Shown here: piece after piece, positions 37,397 through 47,476 of the stretch
Numbering within the stretch: position 1 is the stretch's first letter
Layout: every line of letters starts with the position of its first letter
DNA from: an uncultured Lentisphaeria bacterium
GTDB taxonomy: Bacteria > Verrucomicrobiota > Lentisphaeria > Victivallales > UBA1829
Length of the DNA: 64,000 bases
Assembly (NCBI GenBank): GCA_905197955.1
Contig: CAJKAR010000018.1
Location: forward strand, 16,374-80,373
Direction of reading: 5' to 3'
Program-made: the position numbers and the translations under genes
Notes under the pieces: generated by a model
What the model saw: only the letters and a program-made list of their open reading frames with translations
Database searches by the model: none
What the model was told of the DNA's origin: nothing

Positions 37397-38347
37397 TCAC
37401 ACGGCAAAAAGACGTTTCAGATTCCGGAACAGAAGTTCAGACCCGGAATCATTCGGATGAATGCCATCCACATAATATGCAGGATCGTCCGGCAGAAGAG
37501 TCCGTCCGTCGATGAAGCGCACCTCCGGGAATTCCGAAGCCAAGTTGCAAAGCGCTTCGCAATAGTCATCCAGATGCAGCCCCAGATCATTCGGTTCGGT
37601 CCGTCCCGCCCACGGAATCGGACCGAGCAGGAAGACTTCCGCCTCCTTCCGGGAAAGAAGCGGAAGAAGCGCCCCCTTCATATCCTCCAGATACGCCCCC
37701 AGTGGACGCGACGTATTGAAATCGTTGACCCCGAATCCGAGAACCGCGCGATCCCATTCATATTCCAGCGCACAGGAACCGAGCCGTTGATCCGCGGTCG
37801 CTCCGGCGACACTCAAATTGCAGTATTCGCTCTCCAGCAGGCGCGCAAGCCGGTCCGCATACGCCAGCGACGGACGCGACACCGTCATTCCCTGCATAAT
37901 GGAATCCCCGATGAACAGCATTGCATGATCCTTCCGGGGAACGTTCTCCACCCGCGCGCCCTCGTCCACTTCAAGCGCCCCGACAAAACATTCCACCAGA
38001 TGCGGAAGCTCCATTTCCACTTCATGCATTTTCCCGTCAAGGACAATTTCAAGCACCTCTTTCTCAAAGGAATACGCCGTTTCCATCCCATCGACCCATA
38101 CGCTGAAGGCAAAGACCGGCCGCGCAATTCTGCCGAACACAACAGGAAGCCTCAGTTTTGCAGAATCCGTTTTCAGCAGGATCCGGATCCCGGAAGGGCA
38201 GAGCGCACGGATCTCCCGATGCTCCGTACAGCGATAGATCGACAGAAGAGAAGATGTCAAACGATGAAGTTGAAGACCGCGCTCCTTTACTTCCCACGAA
38301 ACACATCCGCGAAGCAGTCCGCCATTTACCCGTAAATCAAGCAGCAT
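37397..38347 (-). CDS. cytoplasmic SGNH hydrolase with an N-terminal beta-sandwich (CE2-like acetyl esterase architecture)
   Basis: Block I is LFIGDSIMQG, block III is GFGVNDF, block V is DGIHPNDSG. The ~140-aa N-terminal domain precedes the SGNH fold, as in CE2 enzymes. No signal peptide. Confidence 0.75.
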   Translation of the reverse strand: MLLDLRVNGGLLRGCVSWEVKERGLQLHRLTSSLLSIYRCTEHREIRALCPSGIRILLKTDSAKLRLPVVFGRIARPVFAFSVWVDGMETAYSFEKEVLEIVLDGKMHEVEMELPHLVECFVGALEVDEGARVENVPRKDHAMLFIGDSIMQGMTVSRPSLAYADRLARLLESEYCNLSVAGATADQRLGSCALEYEWDRAVLGFGVNDFNTSRPLGAYLEDMKGALLPLLSRKEAEVFLLGPIPWAGRTEPNDLGLHLDDYCEALCNLASEFPEVRFIDGRTLLPDDPAYYVDGIHPNDSGSELLFRNLKRLFAV

Positions 38348-38427
38348 AATAAACCTCTCTGGTGAAACAGAAACTCAAAACAAGAACAAAATAATATACA
38401 TTTCTCCCGGAAAAAGTAAAATCCGGA

Positions 38428-38456
38428 TTGAAAAATCACCATCCCTTCATTATGGT
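38428..38456 (+). promoter_or_regulatory. putative promoter of the CE4-GH95 unit
   Basis: TTGAAA (38428-38433), a 17-nt spacer, then TATGGT (38451-38456). A 10-bp perfect palindrome GAATCGATTC (38470-38479) lies between the -10 and the SD. Confidence 0.35.
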
Positions 38457-38501
38457 ATGAACATGATCCGAATCGATTCATTTTTATGAAAGGAGAATCC
38501 C

Positions 38502-40541
38502 ATGACATCGTTGTACAGACGGGGCCTGCTGCTCTCTCTGGCCGCACTTTCTCTCACTCTTCCGGCAAAAGCGGCAGCAGACTGGACTCCCGAACAGAGC
38601 AGAAAATATGAACAGCATTTTCTCCAGCCGGAAAATCCGCTGGGATTTCCCGAATATCTCCAGACCATCACGGTGAAATACGCTTCTGCGGAAGCGGCGG
38701 AAAAGGCAAAACTCATCTTTCCCGTCCTGCCGGAAGAACAGGAAATCGCCTTCTCCACCCGATGGGACGATGTCAACGACCGTCATCTGAAAATGGCACA
38801 GCTTCTCAAAAAACACGGCATGAAGGGAACCTTTTTCCTGACACGTCCCTGGAACAGAGAGTATTATCGGAAAATCGGAGAAAAACTGCTGGAAAACGGC
38901 TGTGCGATCGGCAGCCACACCATCTCGCATCCCTCGCTGCCGACTCTGATTCCGAATGAGGCATTCCGTCAGATGATGCTGATCCGTCCGGAACTGGAAT
39001 CGAATCTCAACACCTGCGTTGTGGCATTCGTCCTGCCCGGATGCGCTCTGGGAAGCAGAATCGAAAACCAGACCGCTCTCACTGTGGGGCAGACCATTCA
39101 GCGCTGCGGCTATCTCTCCAATCCGGAATTCTGGAACGACAACGAAAAACGCTACGGACTCAAGCCCGGCACCTGCTTCGCAACCAATCTCTTCGATGCA
39201 AACGATAAAAATCCAACCATGGAACGCTTCGAAAAAGGACTGAAATGGCAGCTTGACCGAGTGAAAAAGGATCCATCCAATCCGCATGTCACGCTTGGGG
39301 TTCACACCTGGCAGGATGACAAGGGTTTCGAAGAACTGGACCGGATCTTCACAAAATACGGACACAATCCGAAATGGTGGTACTGCACGGAAAATGAATA
39401 TGCGGCCTACCGGTATCAGGCACTCCATAGCAGAGTCGTTTCTGCGGATCGGAAAGGCGAAAACGTCACCTATACGATCCGCCGCATCACGCCGCATCAT
39501 CTCGGATCGGAGATTCCTCTCAGCTTGAAATTTTCGGAAGCGCCGCTTTCCGTTCAGACCACGAAACCTCTTTCACCGGTCCGCCAGGATCTCTACAAAC
39601 TTCCGCATGATGCGGACCGCCGGATTCCTCAATACATCGAACTGATCAAAAATCCCTCCAACCAGCCCCTGAACACGGCAATCTTCGACTCAAGGAAATT
39701 TCCGGGTCTTTCCGTCGGGCTCCATTGGGATGAATCCAGACAGCAGCTTCAGGGGTTCATCCTCAACCGTTCCAGAGTTCCCCTGCGGCAGATCCAGAAA
39801 ACCATCTATTTCCCGATGCAGTGGAAAACGCCGGTCCGTTCCATGAAAAGCTGGGAAATTCTGCCGGGCAATCGCGATGCGTTCCTCTTCACGCCTCCGG
39901 CGGAAGACAAGCATCCGGATCTGAATTTCATCGAAGGCTCGCATCTCTACGTTCTCCAGTGCGATTTTCTCATGGATGGCAAACCGCAGAGAATCTATGC
40001 CACTGCGGAAGTCCGTCAGTCCGTCATTCCCTATCCCTGTGCCAGAGACAAAGCGGTTTTTCTGGGTCCAGTTCTTCCCGAAATCATTACGGATGAACTG
40101 CTGGCAAGACTTTCCGTTCCCGGAAAAAAACTGGAACCTGTCGGAACCAACGCCATGGAAGTCTGGAGACCCCAGGCCGAGCGGCAGAATGTGAAAAGCT
40201 ATATTCTCAATGCCTTCAGCACGGATAAAAAATGGATCAATGAGACTCGCGAACTCTTCAAACAGAAAAAAGGAAATCAGCTCATTGCTCTCGACTTTGA
40301 TTCTCCGGAAGAGGGCAAAAGCTATCAGCTCTTCTGTTCGCCGAACCACTTCCGCGAAGCATGGCTGAACGGGGAAAAACTGCCGAAACTGAAAAACAAA
40401 CTTCCGCTCAAAACGCGGAAAGGGATCAATCGCCTTATTCTCGTCCGGAAACCGGTCAACTGGCCGCAGACCAGTCTGGAGCTGGCAGTTGCCGAAAAGG
40501 ATCCCTTCCAGCCGGTGAAATGCGTACAGCCGGAATTTTGA
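38502..40541 (+). CDS. secreted polysaccharide deacetylase (NodB homology, CE4-like) with a large C-terminal extension
   Basis: Signal peptide MTSLYRRGLLLSLAALSLTLPAKAAA. NodB motifs FSTRWDDVNDRH and GCAIGSHTISHPSL. 679 aa in total. Confidence 0.8.
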   Translation: MTSLYRRGLLLSLAALSLTLPAKAAADWTPEQSRKYEQHFLQPENPLGFPEYLQTITVKYASAEAAEKAKLIFPVLPEEQEIAFSTRWDDVNDRHLKMAQLLKKHGMKGTFFLTRPWNREYYRKIGEKLLENGCAIGSHTISHPSLPTLIPNEAFRQMMLIRPELESNLNTCVVAFVLPGCALGSRIENQTALTVGQTIQRCGYLSNPEFWNDNEKRYGLKPGTCFATNLFDANDKNPTMERFEKGLKWQLDRVKKDPSNPHVTLGVHTWQDDKGFEELDRIFTKYGHNPKWWYCTENEYAAYRYQALHSRVVSADRKGENVTYTIRRITPHHLGSEIPLSLKFSEAPLSVQTTKPLSPVRQDLYKLPHDADRRIPQYIELIKNPSNQPLNTAIFDSRKFPGLSVGLHWDESRQQLQGFILNRSRVPLRQIQKTIYFPMQWKTPVRSMKSWEILPGNRDAFLFTPPAEDKHPDLNFIEGSHLYVLQCDFLMDGKPQRIYATAEVRQSVIPYPCARDKAVFLGPVLPEIITDELLARLSVPGKKLEPVGTNAMEVWRPQAERQNVKSYILNAFSTDKKWINETRELFKQKKGNQLIALDFDSPEEGKSYQLFCSPNHFREAWLNGEKLPKLKNKLPLKTRKGINRLILVRKPVNWPQTSLELAVAEKDPFQPVKCVQPEF

Positions 40542-40587
40542 TTCAACAATATACCGATCCAAACAAAAAAAAAGGATTTTTTGATTC

Positions 40588-42921
40588 ATGAAAGCATCAC
40601 AAGTTCTCTTTTACCGGGAATCGGCCCCCTATTGGGAGGCCGCACTGCCGATCGGAAACGGACGTCTCGGAGCGATGGTTTACGGAGGAGCGGAACAGGA
40701 AAAACTCGCACTCAACGAAGACACCCTCTGGTCGGGACGGCCGGAAAACCGGTACAGTCCGGAAATCTACCAATCTCTTCCGGAAGCCCGGCGCCTGATC
40801 GCCGAACGGAAATTCTCTGAGGCCGATGCCTTTATCTCCACGCACATGGGCGATCACGACTCCCAGAGTTATCTGCCTGCCGGTGATCTGAATCTCCGTT
40901 TCCGTCATGCGGGTCCCATCGAAAACTATCAGAGGAAACTGGATCTTTCGAACGCTCTTTTCTCCATGGAATACACCGCAGGAGGGATCTCCTTTCAGCG
41001 GGAGGCGTTTGCCTCCTCCCCCGCACAGACGATTGTCTACCGGATCACTGCGGGAACACCGGGAGCGGTAAATCTGGAAGCGGAATTCGCATCGCAGATT
41101 CATGGACAGGCGGCTTCTCTCGGCAAGGACATCGTCTTCGACGGCGAATGTCCCGTTCACGACCGCCGAGATCAGATCATCTGGAAAGATGAACAGGGCC
41201 GTACCGGAATCTGTTACCGCATGCAGCTGAGAGCCATGGCGAAAGGAGGAACCGTCCTCTCGGAAAACGGAGTCCTGAAAATCGAGGGAGCCGATTCTGT
41301 CACGCTGCTTCTTTCCATCCGCACCAATTTCAAAAACTGGAGCACCATGCCGGAAGAGAGCGGAATCGACTGGAAGGCCCTCGCCTCGTCGGATCTGGAG
41401 AATGCGGAAAAAACCGGATTTGACACGTTGAAGCTCCAGCATATCGAAGACTACCAGACTCTTGCGGGGAAATCCGTTCTGGAATTTCCGGAACAGCCGG
41501 GAGATGAGGGAACCGTTCCGGAGCGTCTTGCTTTGGAACAAAACCGGGAGATTTTTTCTCCCTCGCTTGCGGCACTGCTCTACAACTATGGAAGATATCT
41601 GATGATTGCCTCCTCCCGTCCGGGAACGCAGGCAACGAATCTCCAGGGCATCTGGAATCCGCTTCTCTTCCCGCCCTGGGGCTGCAACTACACAACCAAC
41701 ATCAATACCGAGATGAACTACTGGCCGGCGGAAAACGCCAATCTTGCCGAATGCGCTGCACCGCTCTTCCAGTTCATCCGGGATCTCTCCGAGAAGGGCA
41801 AGGATGCGGCACGGGAACTGTATCATCTTTCCGGCTGGTGCCTCCATCACAATTCGGATCTCTGGCGCTACTGCTCCACAGCCACCGGACGGGCGCAGTG
41901 GCTCTTCTGGCCGGTCTGCGGCGGATGGCTCTGCCGTCATCTGATGGATCATTACAGGTATTCGCTGGACAAGGAATTTCTTGCCCGTTTCGAGCCGGTC
42001 ATCCGCGGTGCCGCGGAATTTTTCCTCGGACTTCTGCAGGATCACAACGGCGTGCTGGAGACCTGTCCTTCGACTTCACCGGAAAACAACTTCATTGATC
42101 CGGTGACTGGAAAATCCGCTGCGGCGGCTTCCGGCTCGGTCATGGACATGTCCATCATCAAGGAGACCTTTGAAAGTGTTCTGGAATGTGCAGAGGCACT
42201 CTCCACGGAAGATGATTTCGTCCGGAAGATCCGCGAAGCCCTGCCGAAACTCCGGAAACCTTCGATCGGTTCCGAAGGCCAGCTCCTCGAATACGGCGAA
42301 GATTTTCAGGAAGCGGAAATCCATCACCGCCATGTCTCCCACCTCTATGGAGTCTATCCGGGGTCGGACTTCACTCCGGAGCACAACAGGGAATATTATG
42401 ACGCCGCCAGAGTCTCGCTGGAACGCCGCGGCGATCTGAGCACCGGATGGGCAATGGGATGGAGAGTCGCTCTCTGGGCGAGATTCCTCGACGGCGATCA
42501 TGCCTGCCGGGTCATCCGGAATCTGCTGACCCCCGTCTTCCCGCAGGGTACGCCGAACTACGTTGCCGGCGGCGGAGTCTATCCGAATCTGTTTGATGCA
42601 CATCCGCCGTTCCAGATCGACGGCAATTTCGGCGTCACAGCGGCCATCGGAGAAATGTTTGTCCAGAGCCACAAGAAAACTCCGGAAGGGGAAACGATCG
42701 TGGAGCTCTTCCCCGCGCTTCCCTCCGCATGGAGCGCAGGACGCATCACCGGACTGCGTGCTCAGGGGGATCTGACAATCGACCTCAAGTGGAACGCTTC
42801 AGGCGCAGCAGATTTCCTTGCGGAAATCACCGCCGGGCATGACGGATCGTTCCTCTTTCGCACCCCCTCCGGCAACGAGAAAAAACAGCTTCGCGCGGGA
42901 GAAAAACTGACTCTCTCCTGA
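40588..42921 (+). CDS. glycoside hydrolase family 95 (alpha-L-fucosidase/alpha-L-galactosidase type), no signal peptide
   Basis: The N-terminus [42 protein letters not shown] is the GH95 signature. Also [15 protein letters not shown] and [13 protein letters not shown] blocks. Confidence 0.9.
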   Translation: MKASQVLFYRESAPYWEAALPIGNGRLGAMVYGGAEQEKLALNEDTLWSGRPENRYSPEIYQSLPEARRLIAERKFSEADAFISTHMGDHDSQSYLPAGDLNLRFRHAGPIENYQRKLDLSNALFSMEYTAGGISFQREAFASSPAQTIVYRITAGTPGAVNLEAEFASQIHGQAASLGKDIVFDGECPVHDRRDQIIWKDEQGRTGICYRMQLRAMAKGGTVLSENGVLKIEGADSVTLLLSIRTNFKNWSTMPEESGIDWKALASSDLENAEKTGFDTLKLQHIEDYQTLAGKSVLEFPEQPGDEGTVPERLALEQNREIFSPSLAALLYNYGRYLMIASSRPGTQATNLQGIWNPLLFPPWGCNYTTNINTEMNYWPAENANLAECAAPLFQFIRDLSEKGKDAARELYHLSGWCLHHNSDLWRYCSTATGRAQWLFWPVCGGWLCRHLMDHYRYSLDKEFLARFEPVIRGAAEFFLGLLQDHNGVLETCPSTSPENNFIDPVTGKSAAAASGSVMDMSIIKETFESVLECAEALSTEDDFVRKIREALPKLRKPSIGSEGQLLEYGEDFQEAEIHHRHVSHLYGVYPGSDFTPEHNREYYDAARVSLERRGDLSTGWAMGWRVALWARFLDGDHACRVIRNLLTPVFPQGTPNYVAGGGVYPNLFDAHPPFQIDGNFGVTAAIGEMFVQSHKKTPEGETIVELFPALPSAWSAGRITGLRAQGDLTIDLKWNASGAADFLAEITAGHDGSFLFRTPSGNEKKQLRAGEKLTLS

Positions 42922-42945
42922 TCCGGATTTTTCCGAAACATTCCT

Positions 42946-42991
42946 CCCCTTCCCCGAGAGCATATCGACTCCGGTGAAGGGGTGTTTTTTT
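42946..42991 (+). terminator. rho-independent terminator after GH95
   Basis: CCCCTTC (42946-42952) pairs with GAAGGGG (42976-42982), with a long loop, followed by TGTTTTTTT. Confidence 0.6.
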
Positions 42992-43018
42992 CAACGTATC
43001 TATTTCCGGGAAACGGCT

Positions 43019-43894
43019 TCAAAAACGCAGCATCCGATACGTTTCCGGCGTACAGTTCAGATGTTTCCGGAAGGCATAACAAAAGTAACATTCACTTGAA
43101 AAGCCGCTTTGCATGGCAATCTCCTTCACGCTGAGCGGAGTTTCCAGAAGCATCCGGGCGGCGCAGCGCAGCCGGAGGCGTCCGAGATATTCCGACGGTG
43201 TCAATCCAACACAGCGGCGGAACAGCTGACGACATCGTACCTCTCTGATTCCCGCCGCCGCGGCAATATCCCCCACCCCGATCGCGTTTCGGAAATTGGC
43301 CTCCAGAAACCGCAACGCCGCGATAAAACGGGGATTCCGCTCCCCCAGCGTTGCAGATGCAATTTCACCGCGCAGGGCAAGATCGAACAGCAGACGATTC
43401 AGAAACAGCTCCCAGTAGCGCAACCCGACACTTCCTCCGGACTGCGTCTCCCCGATCATCCGTTTCAGATTTTCCTTCTCTCCCGCCTCAATCGGAAACC
43501 GATGGCACGGAGATTTCAGACGATCCACCGGATTCTCCAGCGAAAATCGGCCGGGAAGAGTGTGAAGAATAAAATGCTTCACCTGATTTTCGCCCTCCGG
43601 AAGACCGAACGCATGAAACACCTCCGCCCCCAGCAGGAAGCAGTCGCCGGGATGCAGAAGATATTCCGCGTGATCCAGACATAATTTCAGGGAGCCTTCC
43701 AGCACAAAAAGACAGAAATTGTCCATCAGTCTGCGACGAGTCACAAACCACGGATCATAATTCTCCCAGTATGAACAGGAGAGCACACGCATCGGGTTCT
43801 CCGCAACGACTTCCAATGCGCCGCGATCCAGAGATGCCGCGTAGCCGCTCAGATCAATCCAGCGCTCGTCACCGAAAGGGGATTTTCTGTCCAT
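43019..43894 (-). CDS. AraC family transcriptional regulator (cupin sensor plus HTH_AraC)
   Basis: C-terminus is IGVGDIAAAAGIREVRCRQLFRRCVGLTPSEYLGRLRLRCAARMLLETPLSVKEIAMQSGFSSECYFCYAFRKHLNCTPETYR. N-terminal cupin (GDCFLLGAEVFHAF). Confidence 0.9.
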   Translation of the reverse strand: MDRKSPFGDERWIDLSGYAASLDRGALEVVAENPMRVLSCSYWENYDPWFVTRRRLMDNFCLFVLEGSLKLCLDHAEYLLHPGDCFLLGAEVFHAFGLPEGENQVKHFILHTLPGRFSLENPVDRLKSPCHRFPIEAGEKENLKRMIGETQSGGSVGLRYWELFLNRLLFDLALRGEIASATLGERNPRFIAALRFLEANFRNAIGVGDIAAAAGIREVRCRQLFRRCVGLTPSEYLGRLRLRCAARMLLETPLSVKEIAMQSGFSSECYFCYAFRKHLNCTPETYRMLRF

Positions 43895-43931
43895 AGTGTC
43901 GATTTTCTATATAAAATGCGTTTTTTTCATC

Positions 43932-43960
43932 TTCATGACAGACGTTTTTCGGAATATAAT
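43932..43960 (+). promoter_or_regulatory. putative activator-dependent promoter of 44011..45594
   Basis: A perfect TATAAT (43955-43960) sits 17 nt after a weak -35 TTCATG (43932-43937). Divergent from the AraC gene. Confidence 0.35.
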
Positions 43961-44010
43961 ATCCCGGAAGAGAAATCGCAACCTGAAAAACGAAAAACAA
44001 GGAGATTTTC

Positions 44011-45594
44011 ATGAGTGTCCAATTCAAAGCGGATTTCGATCCGACAGCAGGAACGGTCCTTCCGGTTCCCTATCTGGAATCGAAGACAGACGAAGTAAAG
44101 CTCGAACGCGGGCGCCAGCTTTTCGTGGACGATTACCTGATCGAATGGAACACGTTCCGCCGTATCTGGCATCCGGCGGAAGAGTATGCATACAATCCCG
44201 TACTGGAACCGGAAACGGAAATCGAACTCGATCACGGCGAAGCGCCAATGGCGGCTCCGTTCAACGACGGACTCTGGTACGATCCACAGGACAGGCTCTA
44301 TAAACTATATTATCACGCGGGCTGGTTTCACGGAACGGCGCTGGCGATCAGCAGAGACGGGATTCATTGGGAACGTCCGGATCTGGGGATCGTCGGACAC
44401 ACGAATCTCGTCATTCCGCCGCGTCCGGGCTATGAGCGCGACGGCTGTCTGGTCTGGCTCGATCAACACGCCGAAAAGAAAGAGGAACGCTGGAAAATGT
44501 TCCTTTTCTTCCGTCATCCGAATGGCGAGAACGGCGAACTCCGCACCTCCGCCGACGGCATCCACTGGAACTTCCGCGAATTCACCGGCGACTGCGGCGA
44601 CAATTCCAGTTTCTTCCATGATCCCTTCCGCAAACAGTGGATCTTCAGCGTCCGATGCGGCTTTCCATCAACGGAACGCGCCCGCGCCTGGCTTCCGCGC
44701 AGCGAATTCATCGCTCCCCCCTGGAAACAGAGACAGCCGGATATCCTGAACCCGGATTATCCCGATCCCGACATGATCCCCTGGGCAAGAGCCGATGAAC
44801 TCGATCCCTTCGAAGAAGAAACGCAGTTCCGGCCTCAGCTCTACGACCTGAACGCCGTTCCCTACGAAAGTCTGCTGCTCGGACTCTTCGCCATCTTCCA
44901 CGGACCGGAAAACAACAACTGTGAACTTCTGGCATGTCCGAAACGAATCGATCTGCATCCGGCCTTCAGTCGCGACGGCTATCACTGGTCGCGCCCGGAG
45001 GAACGAATCCCGCTCCTGCGCTGCACTCGGAAAAAAGGCGACTGGAACCGCGGATATCTCCATGCCGCCGGCGGAATCTGTCTCACTTTCCGCGACAAAC
45101 TCCGCTTCTATCACGCCGGATTCAGTGCGAAATCCAATCTCGGTCCCGGCGAAAAAGGCTCCTCCAGCCGCGGAGCCTACGCCATGTACGCGGGAGCTTC
45201 GACCGGATTCGCTGAACTCCGCCGTGACGGATTCGCCTCGCTTCATACCGATATGGAAGGCATCCTCATCACACGTCCGATGATCCCCAACGGACGTTTC
45301 CTCCGGATCAATGCCACGGCAGAAACCCTCCGAATCGAAGTGCTCGACCGGGAAAGCCGTCCCGTTCCCGGATACTCGATCGTGGAAACCGTTCCCTTCC
45401 GCGGCGACTCCACCTCCGCACAGATCCGCTGGAAAACCAGCGATACCCTCCCGGAAACCTCACCCATCCGCCTCCGATTCACCATGGAGAACGGCGACCT
45501 CTATTCCTTCTGGTTCACAGACGATCCCGATGGAAAAAGCGGAGGATATCTCGCCGCCGGAAGCGAAGATTACTCTTCCGACCGAGATCTTTGA
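44011..45594 (+). CDS. cytoplasmic beta-propeller glycoside hydrolase-like protein (GH32/43/130-type fold suspected) with a C-terminal beta-sandwich
   Basis: Motifs such as NPVLEPE, APFNDGLWYDPQDRLYKLYY, ISRDGIHWERPDLG, SADGIHWNF and FSRDGYHWSRPE recur like propeller blades. No signal peptide. The family assignment is not secure. Confidence 0.55.
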   Translation: MSVQFKADFDPTAGTVLPVPYLESKTDEVKLERGRQLFVDDYLIEWNTFRRIWHPAEEYAYNPVLEPETEIELDHGEAPMAAPFNDGLWYDPQDRLYKLYYHAGWFHGTALAISRDGIHWERPDLGIVGHTNLVIPPRPGYERDGCLVWLDQHAEKKEERWKMFLFFRHPNGENGELRTSADGIHWNFREFTGDCGDNSSFFHDPFRKQWIFSVRCGFPSTERARAWLPRSEFIAPPWKQRQPDILNPDYPDPDMIPWARADELDPFEEETQFRPQLYDLNAVPYESLLLGLFAIFHGPENNNCELLACPKRIDLHPAFSRDGYHWSRPEERIPLLRCTRKKGDWNRGYLHAAGGICLTFRDKLRFYHAGFSAKSNLGPGEKGSSSRGAYAMYAGASTGFAELRRDGFASLHTDMEGILITRPMIPNGRFLRINATAETLRIEVLDRESRPVPGYSIVETVPFRGDSTSAQIRWKTSDTLPETSPIRLRFTMENGDLYSFWFTDDPDGKSGGYLAAGSEDYSSDRDL

Positions 45595-45636
45595 TCCTCC
45601 GGCCGGGAAGCGCCATTTTCCCGACTCCCGGCAAAG

Positions 45637-45665
45637 CCTTCCTTCGATTCCGGAGGAAGGTTTTT
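45637..45665 (+). terminator. rho-independent terminator
   Basis: 10-bp stem CCTTCCTTCG (45637-45646) pairs with CGGAGGAAGG (45651-45660) with one G-U pair, tetraloop attc, followed by TTTTT. Confidence 0.85.
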
Positions 45666-45761
45666 CCGGAAATCACACTCTTTTCCCGAAGCAGGATTTG
45701 ACAAATCCGGAACGAAAGCCCATTATTCATTATTACGCAGGAGATGGATCGCCTATGCTAC

Positions 45762-45810
45762 TGGCGGCTCCTGTCTGACGGCTCCTGCCTGGCGGCTCCG
45801 ATCTGCCGGC
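45762..45810. repeat. imperfect 14-bp tandem repeat x3.5 (TGGCGGCTCCTGTC / TGACGGCTCCTGCC / TGGCGGCTCCGATC / TGCCGGC)
   Basis: Read directly. Lies 38 nt upstream of the ATG at 45848, between the terminator and the beta-helix gene. Confidence 0.85.
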
Positions 45811-45847
45811 ACAACGAAAATGAGATGAAAGGAAAGGAAAAGAAATC

Positions 45848-47260
45848 ATGAAATTCTCTTTGCTGATTGTGCTCTCTCTGCTCCTTGCGTCAACGCTCGC
45901 GGGCAAGGATGTCTATGTGGACAACGTGAAGGGCAGCGACCGTGCGGCGGGAACGGCATCCGCACCCGTCCGGACGATTCGCCGAGGCATGGAACTTCTC
46001 TCTTCCGGCGACACATTGCATCTGACTCCGAATGCTCAGCCTTATACGGAGTCCATCCATTTTTCAGGAAAGAACCGTCACCTTGCCGGCAAGCCGGGCG
46101 CCCCGACCATCGTGGATGGACATGGTGCCCGTTTCAGCGGACTCCGTCACCGGGTTGCGTCCGAATGGACAAGAAGTGCGAGCGATATCTACACTCTCCA
46201 GCTCAACAATAACGCATGGGTTATGGATCAGCAGGGCTACTGGTCCGGCTTCCCGATCGTCTTTGCGGACGGCAAACCGCTTCCCTGGAAAAAATCGAAA
46301 GCGGAACTTCTCCCGAACTCCTACGTTCTCACCAAGGTGTTCGGAGCCAAAAAGACGGCGGAACACAATCAGCTCCACGTCCGCCTGGAACCCGGAAAGA
46401 CTCCCGCCGATGTAAAACTCGAAACACCCGCCGGAGATTACGCGGTCTGCGTGGAGGGCGTGGATCACGTGACAATCCGGAATATCCGGGCGGAATACTA
46501 TCCCGGCGACGGATTCGATTCCGCCTGGCGGAAAGTCGTCTTCGAACACGTGGAAGGTTCCCGGAATATGGATCAGGGAATCAGCGCACACGCATCGGAA
46601 ATCGTTGTGAAACATTCCCGCTTCCATGGCAACGCAGGCGGCGGAGTCGTGGATGTCGGAATGCCTTCGGGCGGAAAGACACACCGCTCGAAGGTCCGCT
46701 ACATCGACTGCATCATGGAAGACGATGTCTTCCGCAACGATGTGCAGTTCTATCATACCGACGCACTCCTCGAAAACTGTATCATCCGCGTGCGCCGCGG
46801 AAACGCCATCACCGCGGAAAAAGAATCGAACGTCGTCCTGAAAAACTGTATTCTGTTCAATCTCGCAAAATCGGGAACAAATACGGCCGTTCTCGTCTCC
46901 GGTACCGCATCGGTTTCCATGGAACGTTGTACCGCTATCGGATTCGGAACCGTGTTCGCCATTCATGAAAAAGGCCGCATCCACAGTCGGAACAATCTGT
47001 TTCTGAACTGCAATACGATCGTCTCCTCGTTCGGAGTAGGAAACTACACCGGGCAGGCGAACCTCCAGACCTCCCAGCACTACTTTTTCCACCCGCTGCA
47101 TTACCGGACTCTCGATGAGTTCCGAAAAGCCAAAAAGCAGGATCAGACTTCCAGATACGATCCTTCCGCCACACTCAAACCTTTCCCGGATGCGGGAGCC
47201 GATGCAGAGATGATGGAAAAAATAAAAACGTGTCACAGCAGTCTCCGCAGCGGAAAATGA
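45848..47260 (+). CDS. secreted right-handed parallel beta-helix protein (pectate-lyase-fold)
   Basis: Signal peptide MKFSLLIVLSLLLASTLAG. N-terminus YVDNVKGSDRAAGTASAPVRTIRRGMELLSSGDTLHL is typical of beta-helix (DUF1565-like) proteins. Repeated V.I.N/C.I.. coil motifs. Confidence 0.7.
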   Translation: MKFSLLIVLSLLLASTLAGKDVYVDNVKGSDRAAGTASAPVRTIRRGMELLSSGDTLHLTPNAQPYTESIHFSGKNRHLAGKPGAPTIVDGHGARFSGLRHRVASEWTRSASDIYTLQLNNNAWVMDQQGYWSGFPIVFADGKPLPWKKSKAELLPNSYVLTKVFGAKKTAEHNQLHVRLEPGKTPADVKLETPAGDYAVCVEGVDHVTIRNIRAEYYPGDGFDSAWRKVVFEHVEGSRNMDQGISAHASEIVVKHSRFHGNAGGGVVDVGMPSGGKTHRSKVRYIDCIMEDDVFRNDVQFYHTDALLENCIIRVRRGNAITAEKESNVVLKNCILFNLAKSGTNTAVLVSGTASVSMERCTAIGFGTVFAIHEKGRIHSRNNLFLNCNTIVSSFGVGNYTGQANLQTSQHYFFHPLHYRTLDEFRKAKKQDQTSRYDPSATLKPFPDAGADAEMMEKIKTCHSSLRSGK

Positions 47261-47388
47261 ATAGACTTATCGCCTCCCGTCCCTGCATGACTCTTCCGAA
47301 TCCGCTGAAGCGTATCATTCCAAGCGACTGGGTTTGATACTGCCGGAATGGAAACTGCTTTTTTCTCTGTTTTTTTCTGGACACCCTC

Positions 47389-47417
47389 TTGACATCTTCC
47401 GCGAAATGTAGTATAAT
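47389..47417 (+). promoter_or_regulatory. consensus sigma70 promoter of module 3
   Basis: TTGACA (47389-47394), a 17-nt spacer, then TATAAT (47412-47417). It shares the 14-mer CCCTCTTGACATCT with the module-1 promoter. Confidence 0.7.
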
Positions 47418-47424
47418 TATATCA

Positions 47425-47440
47425 TCTGAAACGTTTCAGA
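47425..47440. promoter_or_regulatory. LacI-family operator (perfect 16-bp palindrome TCTGAAACGTTTCAGA)
   Basis: Perfect inverted repeat with a central CG and a TGAAACGTTTCA core, which fits the cre/LacI-GalR operator consensus TGWAANCGNTNWCA. Starts 8 nt after the -10 and 37 nt before the LacI-family gene. Confidence 0.75.
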
Positions 47441-47476
47441 AAAAAAAAAGAAAACAATCAAAAAGAGCGGAAAAGA

